Shown: positions 10,853-20,154 of the stretch, in pieces
How the letters are laid out: each line of letters starts with the position of its first letter
How positions within the stretch are numbered: the first letter of the stretch is position 1
Assembly (NCBI GenBank): GCA_963745035.1
Contig: CAVUVW010000010.1
Span: 96,001-160,000 of the forward strand
Length of the DNA: 64,000 nucleotides
Direction: 5' to 3'
Origin: an uncultured delta proteobacterium
Lineage (GTDB): Bacteria; Desulfobacterota; Binatia; UBA9968
Made by a program: the position numbers and the translations under genes
The notes under the pieces: model-generated
What the model was told of the DNA's origin: nothing
Databases searched by the model: none
What the model saw: the letters and a program-made list of their open reading frames with translations, nothing else

Positions 10853-11407
10853 GTGGAGCCGAGTGACTGGGAGCTAGTTCAAAAGTGCCAATCCGGGGAG
10901 ATGAGCGCTTTTCAGGAGCTGGTGTCCCGCTACCATCAGAAAGTTTATCTGGTGATTCTGGGATTGTTACGAAATCGTGAAGACGCGCTGGAAGTGGCCC
11001 AGGAAACGTTTTTGCGAGCGTATCGAAAAATCGGCGGCTTCCAAGGCGGCTCTTCGTTTTACACATGGATCTATCGCATCGGCGTCAACCTTGCCATCGA
11101 CGCCCAGCGCCGGCAAAAGCGCAATCCGCTGGATTTTCGCGACAGCATGGATGGCGTTTTCGAATCGCAGAACGAAGTGGCGCGGGATCCGTTCGCCGAG
11201 GAGCACGATCGGGAGCTACGTGAAGGCTTGATCAAGGCGATCAATGATTTGACACCTGAACACAAAGCCGTCATCGTGCTGAGAACCGTCGAAGGACTTT
11301 CTTACAAAGAAATCGCCGCGATTCTCGGCTGCTCGGAAGGCACGGTGATGAGCCGGCTTCACTACGCGCGGAAAAAATTGCAAGAGAAGTTGAGTCCGTT
11401 TTTATGA
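10853..11407 (+). CDS. ECF RNA polymerase sigma factor (RpoE-type)
   Basis: AFQELVSRY, DALEVAQETFLRAY, SFYTWIYRI, GLSYKEIA...GTVMSRLHYAR; GTG start inferred. Confidence 0.93.
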   Translation: MEPSDWELVQKCQSGEMSAFQELVSRYHQKVYLVILGLLRNREDALEVAQETFLRAYRKIGGFQGGSSFYTWIYRIGVNLAIDAQRRQKRNPLDFRDSMDGVFESQNEVARDPFAEEHDRELREGLIKAINDLTPEHKAVIVLRTVEGLSYKEIAAILGCSEGTVMSRLHYARKKLQEKLSPFL

Positions 11408-11937
11408 ACGAGTGTGAAAGCATCGAGCCGTTTATAGAGCGCTGGCTTGACGGCGAACTAAGCGGCGCCGAGAATGAACGGGTGCGCGGTCATGTGGACG
11501 GCTGCGCAAACTGCCGCGCGGCGCAGCGCCGGCTGGAACACATCGGCCACGCCCTCAACCGCGCGCTCGTCGCCGATGCTCCGAAGATCGAGCTCGCGCC
11601 TTTCTGGCGTGAGATCGATCGGCGCATTCATGAGAAGACGCCGTGGCATCAGGAACTCGTGGAGCGGGCGCGCGTCTGGATCGCCGCACCGAGAGCGGCT
11701 TGGGCGGTGCCCGCGCTGATCGCCGTGTTGATCGGGATACTTTCCTACGAGTGGTATTTTCCTGGGGCAAGGTCGCGCAACAATCTCGCGACCGTGGAAT
11801 CGATCGACTCGTATGGGCGCAGTGTCGCACTGCTGCGCGAAGACGAGAGCAAAACGACGGTTATCTGGCTGTACCAAAATCCCGAGGATGATGATGAAGC
11901 TGCTGAAGAAACTCCCCAGCCGAGTCCTGCTTTTTAG
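11404..11937 (+). CDS. Zinc-finger (zf-HC2) transmembrane anti-sigma factor
   Basis: C..I...LDGEL...HVDGCANC (HxxxCxxC), TM segment; overlaps sigma stop. Confidence 0.88.
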   Translation: MNECESIEPFIERWLDGELSGAENERVRGHVDGCANCRAAQRRLEHIGHALNRALVADAPKIELAPFWREIDRRIHEKTPWHQELVERARVWIAAPRAAWAVPALIAVLIGILSYEWYFPGARSRNNLATVESIDSYGRSVALLREDESKTTVIWLYQNPEDDDEAAEETPQPSPAF

Positions 11938-12358
11938 CTGGCTGACTCTTGCCGCCGGAATGCTTTGTGCGGCGGAAAAACAGCCGCAATCGGTTCAAGT
12001 GAGCATCGGAACGATCCTGGCAAGCAATCAGAGCGATGAATTCGACGCTAAGCTCAAGGGGATGGAAAACCAGCTCAGAGTGCTGAAATATCGCTCTTAT
12101 CGCCTGCTCAAAAGCGAGAGTCAAACCGTGCCCTGGCGAGGCGAGAGGGTTTTCGAGATTCCCGGCGGCCGTTCTCTGACCGTCACGCCGCAAGAATTTC
12201 AAGACAATCGGGTTTCGGTGAAGGTTCGCTTGACGCAGGGGCAGAAACCGCTGCTCGACACCACGGTCAAGATACCCAACAAAGGCAATTTCATTCTGGG
12301 CGGGCCGCCCCACGAAGGCGGTGCTCTGGTATTGTCGATCTCCGCCGGGACGGATTAG
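11888..12358 (+). CDS. Exported hypothetical protein, third gene of the ECF operon
   Basis: Signal-peptide-like N-terminus, overlaps anti-sigma gene, ends FILGGPPHEGGALVLSI. Confidence 0.65.
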   Translation: MMMKLLKKLPSRVLLFSWLTLAAGMLCAAEKQPQSVQVSIGTILASNQSDEFDAKLKGMENQLRVLKYRSYRLLKSESQTVPWRGERVFEIPGGRSLTVTPQEFQDNRVSVKVRLTQGQKPLLDTTVKIPNKGNFILGGPPHEGGALVLSISAGTD

Positions 12359-12427
12359 CGCGCCGGCGCGTTTTCTCATCTCACCAAAGATCTCACAAGT
12401 AGGGGTAAAGCGGGCCTTCCCTAAAGA

Positions 12428-13432
12428 TCAGATCGCGAATTTCAGATTTCCCACCGCCATCCGATCGCGCCATCCGACCCAGAGATTGGTGGTCAAATAT
12501 TTGTCGCCGAAATCGGGAAAGATGGTGACGATGGTGCCGCGTCGCAGTCTGCGCGCGAGCTTGATCGCGCCGAACAGGGCGGCCCCGGAAGACTGCCCGA
12601 CGAGAATTCCCTCTTCCTGACTCAAGCGATACACCATCGAGTAGGCGTCTTCCGTGGACACCGGCATCTTCTCGTCCAATTCTTCCTCGTGGTAAATCCC
12701 CGGCACGATCGACGTCGCCATGTGCTTCAAGCCTTCGAGACCGTGCAGCGCGTCGTCGGGCTCGACGGCGATGATGCGAATCTCCGGGTTTACTTCCTTC
12801 AAGTAGCGTCCAGTGCCCATCACCGTGCCGCCGGTGCCGATGCCGGCCACGAAGTGAGTCACGGCGCCGCCGGTCTGGCGGTAAATCTCCGGCCCGGTGT
12901 TTTCGTAGTGGGCCTGGGGGTTCATCGGATTGAAATATTGATCGGGCTTAAAATACTTCTCCACGTCGGCTTCAAGAATCTTGCGGCAGAGACGGATCGC
13001 GCCGTCCGACCCCTCCATCGGATCGCTATAAGTGACTTTGGCGCCGTAGGCGTCGATGATCCGCTTACGCTCGGCGCTGACGTTGCCGGGCATGACCAAT
13101 TCTACGGGATAGTGGAGCACGCTGCTGCCGATCATCGCCAGGGCGATGCCGGTGTTGCCGGAAGTGGAGTCGAGTATGGTTTTCCCCGGACGCAGCTTCC
13201 CGGTTTTGATTCCTTCTTGCACCATTCTCAAGGCCGGCCGGTCTTTCACCGATCCGCCGGGATTCATGCCCTCCAACTTGGCGTAGATCTTCACATCGGC
13301 AGGTAGGCCCTGGGTGATATTGACGATCTCCAGCAGCGGCGTGTTGCCGATCAAGTCGAGGATCGACTCGACTTTGGCGGGCTCTGCGCCGCGGGCAGGG
13401 ACCAGGCGCAAGTTGGGTGACGTGATGGCCAT
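12428..13432 (-). CDS. cysM: PLP-dependent cysteine synthase family protein (CysM-like)
   Basis: IGNTPL, AKLEGMNPGGSVKDR, STSGNTGIALA, GIGTGGT, FPDFGDKYL. Confidence 0.88.
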   Translation of the reverse strand: MAITSPNLRLVPARGAEPAKVESILDLIGNTPLLEIVNITQGLPADVKIYAKLEGMNPGGSVKDRPALRMVQEGIKTGKLRPGKTILDSTSGNTGIALAMIGSSVLHYPVELVMPGNVSAERKRIIDAYGAKVTYSDPMEGSDGAIRLCRKILEADVEKYFKPDQYFNPMNPQAHYENTGPEIYRQTGGAVTHFVAGIGTGGTVMGTGRYLKEVNPEIRIIAVEPDDALHGLEGLKHMATSIVPGIYHEEELDEKMPVSTEDAYSMVYRLSQEEGILVGQSSGAALFGAIKLARRLRRGTIVTIFPDFGDKYLTTNLWVGWRDRMAVGNLKFAI

Positions 13433-13450
13433 TACCGGACTTTGGACCGC

Positions 13451-13729
13451 TCAGCATCCGCCCGCGATCGCCGGCACGATGGAAATGCTGTCGCCTTCTT
13501 TCAACGCCGTTTCCATGTTTTGCAGGAACCGGATGTCGTCGCCGTTCACGTACACGTTGACGAAGCGGCGCACTTTGCCGCTCTCGTCGCAGATCCGTTC
13601 TTTGATGCCTGGATAGTTTTTTTCCAGGTCATCGACGAGCGCTTTGACGCTGGCGCCTTGGCCGTCGACCTCATCGACGCCTTGGGTGAATTTTCTCAGT
13701 GGTGTGGGGACGCGAACTCGCACCGACAT
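13451..13729 (-). CDS. MoaD/ThiS/CysO-family ubiquitin-like sulfur carrier
   Basis: VRVPTPLRKFT...FVNVYVNGDDIRFL...GDSISIVPAIAGGC; RBS GGAGG. Confidence 0.92.
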   Translation of the reverse strand: MSVRVRVPTPLRKFTQGVDEVDGQGASVKALVDDLEKNYPGIKERICDESGKVRRFVNVYVNGDDIRFLQNMETALKEGDSISIVPAIAGGC

Positions 13730-13833
13730 ACAATCCTCCTCAAATGAACTCGATTTAGAATAGTCCGCTGATTCAAGGCGCGCAAGACGGAGTCGCGCGA
13801 CTGTACCATTCATCCCGGCCGCTTGATCTCGCT

Positions 13834-15096
13834 CTAGCCCGCGGCCGCCCGACGCGAAGCCGCCGGCGTCAGCTCGCGAAACAAGTCGTCGAATTTGTCC
13901 AGCGCCGCCGCGATCGTGTACGGCTTTTCGACGCTTCCCGCCACCGCTTCCAAGGTCTTGTAACCGTTGCCGGTGATGCTGATGACGATCGATTCATCGC
14001 GCGGAATGCGGCCGCTGTCGATCAACTTCTTCGTCACGGCTACTTCGGTGCCGCCGGCGGGCTCGGTAAAGATCCCTTCGGTGCGGGCGAGCAGCTTGAT
14101 GCCTTCGAGAATCTCCTCGTCGGTGACGCTCTCGCCCCAGCCGCCGGAGTCCTTCACCGCCTGGATCACGTAGTAGCCGTCGGCTGGGTTGCCGATCGCG
14201 ATGGAGCTCGCGATGGTGTTGGGCTTGACCGGATTCACGACGTCGGTGCCCCGGTGCAGCGCCTCGATGATCGGCGCGCAGCCCGCCGCTTGCGCCGAAT
14301 AGATTTTACAGCCGGTGTCTTCGACCAGCCCGACTTTGACCAGCTCGCCGAACCCCTTGGCTAGCTTTGGCAGGATTGTGCCGCCCGCCGAGGCGACCAC
14401 GATATGCCGCGGCAGCTTCCATCCCAGTTGCTCGGCGATTTCGAATCCGTGGGTCTTGGCGCCTTCGGAATAGTACGGCCGCAGGTTTACGTTGACGAAC
14501 GCCCAGCCGTATTTGTCGCCGATTTCGCTGCACAGCCGGTTCACGTCGTCGTAGTTGCCCTTGACGGCGACGGTCTTGGGGCCGTAGATCGCCGAGCCAA
14601 TAATTTTTCCCTGCTCGAGGCCGTCGGGGATAAACACGTAGCATTCGAGTCCCGCGCGCGCGGCGTGCGCCGCCACCGAGTTCGCCAGGTTGCCCGTCGA
14701 AGCGCAGGACACGGTATCGAAGCCGAACTCGATCGCTTTGGAAATTGCCACCGCTACCACCCGATCTTTGTACGAGAAGCTTGGATGATTGACGGAGTCG
14801 TCCTTGACGTAGAGTTCGCTGACGCCGAGGGCCTCGCCAAGTCGGTGGGCGCGGACCAGCGGGGTAAAACCGGAATACAATCCGACCTTCGGCTCGCCGT
14901 CGATCGGCAACAGCTCGTGATACCGCCACAGATTGCGCGCGCGTCCGGCGATCGCTTCGCGATCGATATTTTTTTTGATCGCCGCGTAGTCGTACTGGAT
15001 TTCCAGCGGACCGAAGCAGACGTCGCAGACGTGCAGCGGCTCCTGCGGATATTGCTTGCCGCACTCCCGGCATTGCAGTCCTGTGACAAAACTCAT
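13834..15096 (-). CDS. Threonine synthase-like PLP enzyme with N-terminal Zn ribbon
   Basis: CRECG..CDVC, LWRYHELLP, NHPSFSYKDR, CASTGNLA, IFTEPAGG, ITGNGYK; symbol withheld because context suggests a sulfhydrylase. Confidence 0.85.
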   Translation of the reverse strand: MSFVTGLQCRECGKQYPQEPLHVCDVCFGPLEIQYDYAAIKKNIDREAIAGRARNLWRYHELLPIDGEPKVGLYSGFTPLVRAHRLGEALGVSELYVKDDSVNHPSFSYKDRVVAVAISKAIEFGFDTVSCASTGNLANSVAAHAARAGLECYVFIPDGLEQGKIIGSAIYGPKTVAVKGNYDDVNRLCSEIGDKYGWAFVNVNLRPYYSEGAKTHGFEIAEQLGWKLPRHIVVASAGGTILPKLAKGFGELVKVGLVEDTGCKIYSAQAAGCAPIIEALHRGTDVVNPVKPNTIASSIAIGNPADGYYVIQAVKDSGGWGESVTDEEILEGIKLLARTEGIFTEPAGGTEVAVTKKLIDSGRIPRDESIVISITGNGYKTLEAVAGSVEKPYTIAAALDKFDDLFRELTPAASRRAAAG

Positions 15097-15911
15097 GAAA
15101 TTTCTTTTTCTGGCGCGTCAAGCCCGGCGGGCGCCGTCGACCGGGAGGCGCCCTCGTCGCCGCAGGCGGCGCAGTTGCGACTTCTAGTTACTTCCACGGT
15201 GTGAAATTTCATTCGCTTGGCGTCGTAGGTGAGCAGCCGGTCGGTGAGCAGTCCCTCTTCGAAGCCCGCGAGATATTTGATCGCTTCGGTCGCCTGGATC
15301 GTACCGAGCGTCCCGGCCACGGCACCGAGAATGCCGGACTGCTGACAGTTGAGAATTTCCTCCGGCGGCGGCGGCGTCTGAAACAGGCAGCGGTAACAGG
15401 CGGTTTGACGCGGCAGCACGGTCATAGTCTGACCCTGCAAACGCACGATGCCGGCGTGAGAGAAGGCGATACCGAGACGAATGGCGATATCGTTGATGAG
15501 AAATTTCGTGTCGAAGTTGTCGCTGCCGTCGACGATAAAATTGTAACCTGCGGCGATCTCCGCGGCGTTGCTCTCTTCGAAGCGCGCGGCGTAGGTTTTG
15601 ATTTCCACGTCGGGATTGAGCTGGTTGAGCTTCGCTTGTGCCGATGCGACCTTTTGGCGGCCGATGTCGGCGGTTGCGTGCAGGATTTGTCTTTGCAGAT
15701 TGGAGAGCTCAACGTTGTCGGGGTCGATGATGCCGAGAGTCCCCACTCCGGCGGCGGCGAGATAGAAGGCCGCGGGCGACCCCAGCCCGCCGGCGCCGAT
15801 CACCAGCACCCGCGCCTGGCGCAAATGGAGTTGCCCTTTGCCGCCGATGTCCGGCACCATGATCTGGCGGCTGTAGCGCTCGATCTGTTCGGTGGTAAGC
15901 CGTGTGTTCAT
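15093..15911 (-). CDS. MoeB/ThiF-family adenylyltransferase (no rhodanese domain)
   Basis: RYSRQI, GAGGLG, D.VELSNLQRQILH, DGSDNF, CYRC and CAAC Zn motifs. Confidence 0.92.
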   Translation of the reverse strand: MNTRLTTEQIERYSRQIMVPDIGGKGQLHLRQARVLVIGAGGLGSPAAFYLAAAGVGTLGIIDPDNVELSNLQRQILHATADIGRQKVASAQAKLNQLNPDVEIKTYAARFEESNAAEIAAGYNFIVDGSDNFDTKFLINDIAIRLGIAFSHAGIVRLQGQTMTVLPRQTACYRCLFQTPPPPEEILNCQQSGILGAVAGTLGTIQATEAIKYLAGFEEGLLTDRLLTYDAKRMKFHTVEVTRSRNCAACGDEGASRSTAPAGLDAPEKEIS

Positions 15912-15920
15912 AGCTCCAGT

Positions 15921-15957
15921 CAAAAAAAAGCCTCTTCTTACATAAGATAAGAAGAGG
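15921..15957 (-). terminator. Intrinsic terminator, expression platform of the SAM-I riboswitch
   Basis: Minus strand CCTCTTCTTA-TCTTATG-TAAGAAGAGG-C-TTTTTTTT just upstream of moeB-like start. Confidence 0.85.
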
Positions 15958-15971
15958 TTTTAAAAAACCTC

Positions 15972-16085
15972 ACCTTATCTTTACTCCCGACGGTCGGGAG
16001 CGGGAATTAGCACCTGCGTTTCGTATTTGAAAACGCGGTTGCTGTGGCTTCGAAGGGCCTATCCCTCCACCACTCTGGATAAGGT
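15972..16085 (-). ncRNA. SAM-I (S-box) riboswitch
   Basis: Minus strand CCTTATCCAGAGTGGTGGAGGGATAGGCCCTTCGAAGCCACAGCAACC...GGTGCTAATTCC...AAAGATAAGG: P1 CTTATC/GATAAG, core GCAACC and GGTGCTAATTCC. Confidence 0.93.
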
Positions 16086-16098
16086 TCCAGTTGCAGAA

Positions 16099-16127
16099 AA
16101 ACTATCCCACGGCGCAGGGACTGTCAA
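16099..16127 (-). promoter_or_regulatory. Putative sigma70 promoter of the riboswitch operon
   Basis: TTGACA-17 nt-TAGTTT about 13 nt upstream of P1. Confidence 0.6.
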
Positions 16128-16234
16128 GGATCAAGGGAAATCGGCTTCTTTCCGCCCTTGAACTTGCGTTTAAGCCGGGGCAATGTTGCGCGAGCCTGTA
16201 GAAGCGTTCGACTTTATCAGTCAACAATAAAGCG

Positions 16235-17705
16235 ATGGCAAGGGATGAAATGGGCCTGACGCAAGAAGTAGCGAGTTATGTCGCGCGTAGCCGTTATCGT
16301 GACATTCCCAAAGATGTCGTGCAGCTGGCGCGCGGATTTATTCTCGACGGGTTGGGTGTGGCGCTGGCGGGATCGACCGATGAATGTTCGCGCATCGTGC
16401 AGCGCCACATTCGCCAAGCGGCGGGGCGCCGCGAATCGTCGATTCTCGGCACAGCCCTTGCGGCGCCGGCTCCGAAAGCGGCGCTCGCCAACGGCGTGGC
16501 CGGTCACGCCATGGATTACGACGACACGCAGCTTTCGACTTCCAAGGAGGCCGTCTATGGCTTGCTCACGCACCCGACCACGCCCGTGCTGGCCGCGGCT
16601 TTGGCCATTGGTGAGACGGAAAAAGTCAGCGGCGAGGAATTCGTTTTGGCCTACATTCTCGGTGTCGAGGTGGAGTGCCGCATCGCCGACGCGATCAATC
16701 CACGCCACTATCAGTCAGGGTTTCATTCCACCGCGACGATGGGCGGGCTGGGCGCGGCCATGTCGGTTGGAAAACTGCTCCGCCTCAAGGAGGAACAGCT
16801 GATTCGCACACTGGGGATCGCCGCGAGCATGGCGTCGGGATTGCGGGAAAACTTCGGCACCATGACCAAGCCGCTGCACGCTGGGCGCGCGGCCGAAAAC
16901 GGTCGTCAACGCCGCGCTGCTCGCGCGCGACGGCTTTACGGCGGCGAACAACATTCTCGAGGCGCGCCGCGGTTTCTTCAATGCCATGGCCGGCGGCTAC
17001 GATGAGACGAAAATCGGCGGGCGCCTGGGCGCGCCTTACTTCATGAAGGAGCCGGGCATCTCGATCAAGCCCTATCCGTCGGGATCGCTGTCGCATCCAG
17101 CTCAAGATCTGATTCTCGATCTGGTCCGCCAGCACGATCTAAAGCCAGCGGATATCGAGCGCATCGACGTCGGTACCAATTCAAACGTGCCCAATGCGCT
17201 CATCTATCCGATGCCCAAGACGGCGCTCGAAGGGAAATTCAGCATACCGTTCTGCATGGCCATTGCCGTGCTCGAGCGCAGGGCCGGCATCGCGCAGTTC
17301 CAGGACCGCAAGGTGCGCGACAAGAAAGTGATCGAATTGATGAAGCGGGTGACCCTCTACGTCGATGATGAGCTGGAAAAGCTCGGCTACGATCAGGTGC
17401 GCTCGCGCGTGCGCATCGCGCTCAAAGACGGCCGCGCCATCGAAGGGCGTTACGACGTGGCGCGCGGCCATCCGCAAAAACCGATGAGCTGGGCAGAGCT
17501 CGGCGACAAGTTTCGCGACTGCGCCGCGCTCGTGCTGCCCGATAAGAATGCGGAAGACATCGTTGAACTGATCGCCAGGGTGGAGGAACTTAAAAGCCTG
17601 AGCCCGCTGATTCGCGCGCTCACTGGCGGACGCGCCAAAAGCGCCCAAAAAACCAAAGTAGGGAAACCGGGGAGTAGAAAGTGGAGCCGTACTCGCAGAG
17701 CATAG
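16235..17705 (+). CDS. MmgE/PrpD family protein 1 (frameshift near 16900)
   Basis: ALANGVAGHAMDYDD, HP, GFHST, GTMTKPLHAG, IKPYPSG, KFSIPF, RGHP. Confidence 0.88.
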
Positions 17706-19073
17706 GGCGCTTCGCGCGTGAATTGAAGCTTGCAGACGTGCCGGCGGCCGTCGTCGATAAAGCGAAGCTGGTTTTTCTCGACACCTTGGGCATCGCCCTG
17801 GCGTCATCGACGATGGATTTCGGCGCCATGGTGACCAAGGTGGCGGAGAAGCTCGGTGGCCGAAGCATAGTTTGCTGATCGGTTCGCGACCCGGGTCGCA
17901 GCCGCCAATGCGGTGATCGCCAATGGCACTTTGGCTCACGGATTGGACTATGACGATACGCTGGAAGAAGCGATCGTTCACACCGGTTCCTGCGCGTGGA
18001 TGACCGCGCTCGCGGTCGGCGAAGAAATTGGCGCCAGCGGGACAGCTGTGCTCGAAGCGGCTATCGCCGGCACCGAAGTTTTGTGCAAAGTCGGTCTGGT
18101 AGCGCCGGGAAAGTTTCACGCGCGCGGTTTTCACCCGACCGCGATCTGTTCGACCTTCGGCGCCGCGGCGGCGGCGGGGAAACTTTACGGCCTCAATCTC
18201 GACCAATGGGTTGACGCGTTCGGTCTCTGCGGCAGCCAAAGCTCAGGCATCATCGAGTACCTCGCCGACGGTACCTGGACCAAGCGTATGCATCCCGGCT
18301 GGTCGGCGCACGGCGGGGTTATCGCGACCATGCTGGCCAAGGAAGGCTTCCGCGGGCCGGCAAAGGTTTTCGAGGGCACCCACGGGTTTTTTAGTGGCTT
18401 CGGCGGCAAGAACGATTATCGATTCGAAAAGCTGCTCGAACTCGGCAAGGACTGGGAGATTCCGCGGCTGACTTTTAAATCTTACCCCTGCGGCTCGATC
18501 TCGCATCCCTATATGGACTGCGCACTCAAGATCAGACAGAAACATGCACCCGATCCGAAAGAGATCGCCGAAATCGTTTGCCGGACGGCCGAAGGACCGG
18601 TGCACCGGCTCTGGGAGCCGCTCGCCGACAAGCAGAAGCCGGTGAGCTCTTATGGCGCGAAGTTCAGTCTGCCTTACAGTATCGCGGTCATGATCGTGCG
18701 CGGCCGCGCCGGGCTCGACGAGTTCACCGAAGAAGCGATTCGCGATTCGGCTGTCCTCGACCTGGCTCGTAAAGTTCGCTACGAGCTCGATCCGACTATC
18801 GATTATCCGCGCCACTTCTCGGGCCACGTCAAGGTGTTGATGAAAGACGGCATGGCGCTCGAAGAGAACCAGCCCCATCCTCGCGGCGGCTTCGAAGACC
18901 CTTTGCCGCCCGCTGAGATCGAAGAAAAATTTCGCGCCAACGCCAGGCTCGCGCTTTCACATGAGCAGGTCGAGGATGCGCTGGGCGCGGTCAAGCGTCT
19001 AGAGGAGTTGCCGTCGGTGCGCATATTGACTGAAACGTTGATTCCGGGTAACCGTGGCTCCACTGGTGGTTGA
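17681..19073 (+). CDS. MmgE/PrpD family protein 2 (frame break near 17870-17890)
   Basis: LDTLGIALA, ANGTLAHGLDYDD, RGFHPT, TKRMHPG, FKSYPCG, AKFSLPY. Confidence 0.88.
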
Positions 19074-19115
19074 CATGTGACTGGTTTCAAAATCTCGCGA
19101 GAAGGAGAAACACCT

Positions 19116-20136
19116 ATGAAAAAGAGTGTTTACTTCGTTACTTTGATCGTCGCGCTGTTCTGCGCATCTGTCCTGGCGGCTCAGGATGCCGCGTTGATTC
19201 AGGCGGCGCGAAAAGAAGGCAAGGTCGTTTGGTACACCTCGCTGGCGATTCCCTCATCCACCGCCATCGCCCATTATTTTCAGAATAAATATAAAGGCAT
19301 CGAAGTCGAGGTGCACCGCAGCGGCTCCCAGCGGGTGTTGCAGCGCACCATGCAGGAAGCGACCGCGGGAATCAAAAATGGCGATATCATTCACACCTCG
19401 GATGCCGGCCATTTCGAGCTACTCAAAGACAAAGGGTTGCTGCTCAAGTTTACGCCGGCGGCCGTGGCTGGGTTTCCCGATGGTTTCAAAGACAAGGCCG
19501 GTTTTTACTACGGTATGCGCGCAACATTATCGGTGATCGCACACAACCCGAAGATCGTCACGGAGAAAGACGCGCCGAAAACCTGGAAGGATTTGTTGAA
19601 CAACCGCTGGAGCGGAAAGCTCGTCACGGCTCATCCGGGTTACAGCGGCATCATCATGACCCACGTGCTGGCATTGGTGAACGCCTACGGTTGGGACTAC
19701 TTTCGCGACCTGGCGAAAAACAAAGTGCACATCACGCAGTCCGCCAACGATCCCGCCGGCGTCGTGGCATCGGGCGAGCGGCCGATCGGGGTGAACGGCG
19801 CGGAATATTTCTATTACAAGACTCAGAAACAGGGTAATCCCGATCAAAATAGTTTATCCAAAGGAGGGCGTGCCGCTAGTCGTTTCGCCGACGGCCATCG
19901 CTAAAGACGCGCCCCATCCCAACGCGGCGAGACTCTTCACCGAGTTCATGTTCTCCAAAGAATCGCAGCAGCTCTTGGCCGACAAGGAAGGTCTTTATAC
20001 CGGGCATCCGGAGGTGACTTATCCAAATGACAAGCCCAAACTTAAGGAATTGAAGCTGCTGCCGGCGGACGCCGACGAGCTGGAAAAGCGCAACAGCGAG
20101 ATCAAGAAGCGCTTCACCGAGTATTTCGGCGCATAG
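19116..20136 (+). CDS. ABC transporter substrate-binding protein, Fe3+/thiamine/polyamine cluster (frameshift near 19840)
   Basis: Signal peptide, AARKEGKVVWYTS, PKTWKDLL, APHPNAARLF. Confidence 0.85.
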
Positions 20137-20154
20137 GCGCCGCTAGCTCGATTC

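Noticed and set aside
13834-15096. Assigning the gene symbol thrC
   Set aside because: SAM-I control and the adjacent sulfur carrier argue for a different reaction
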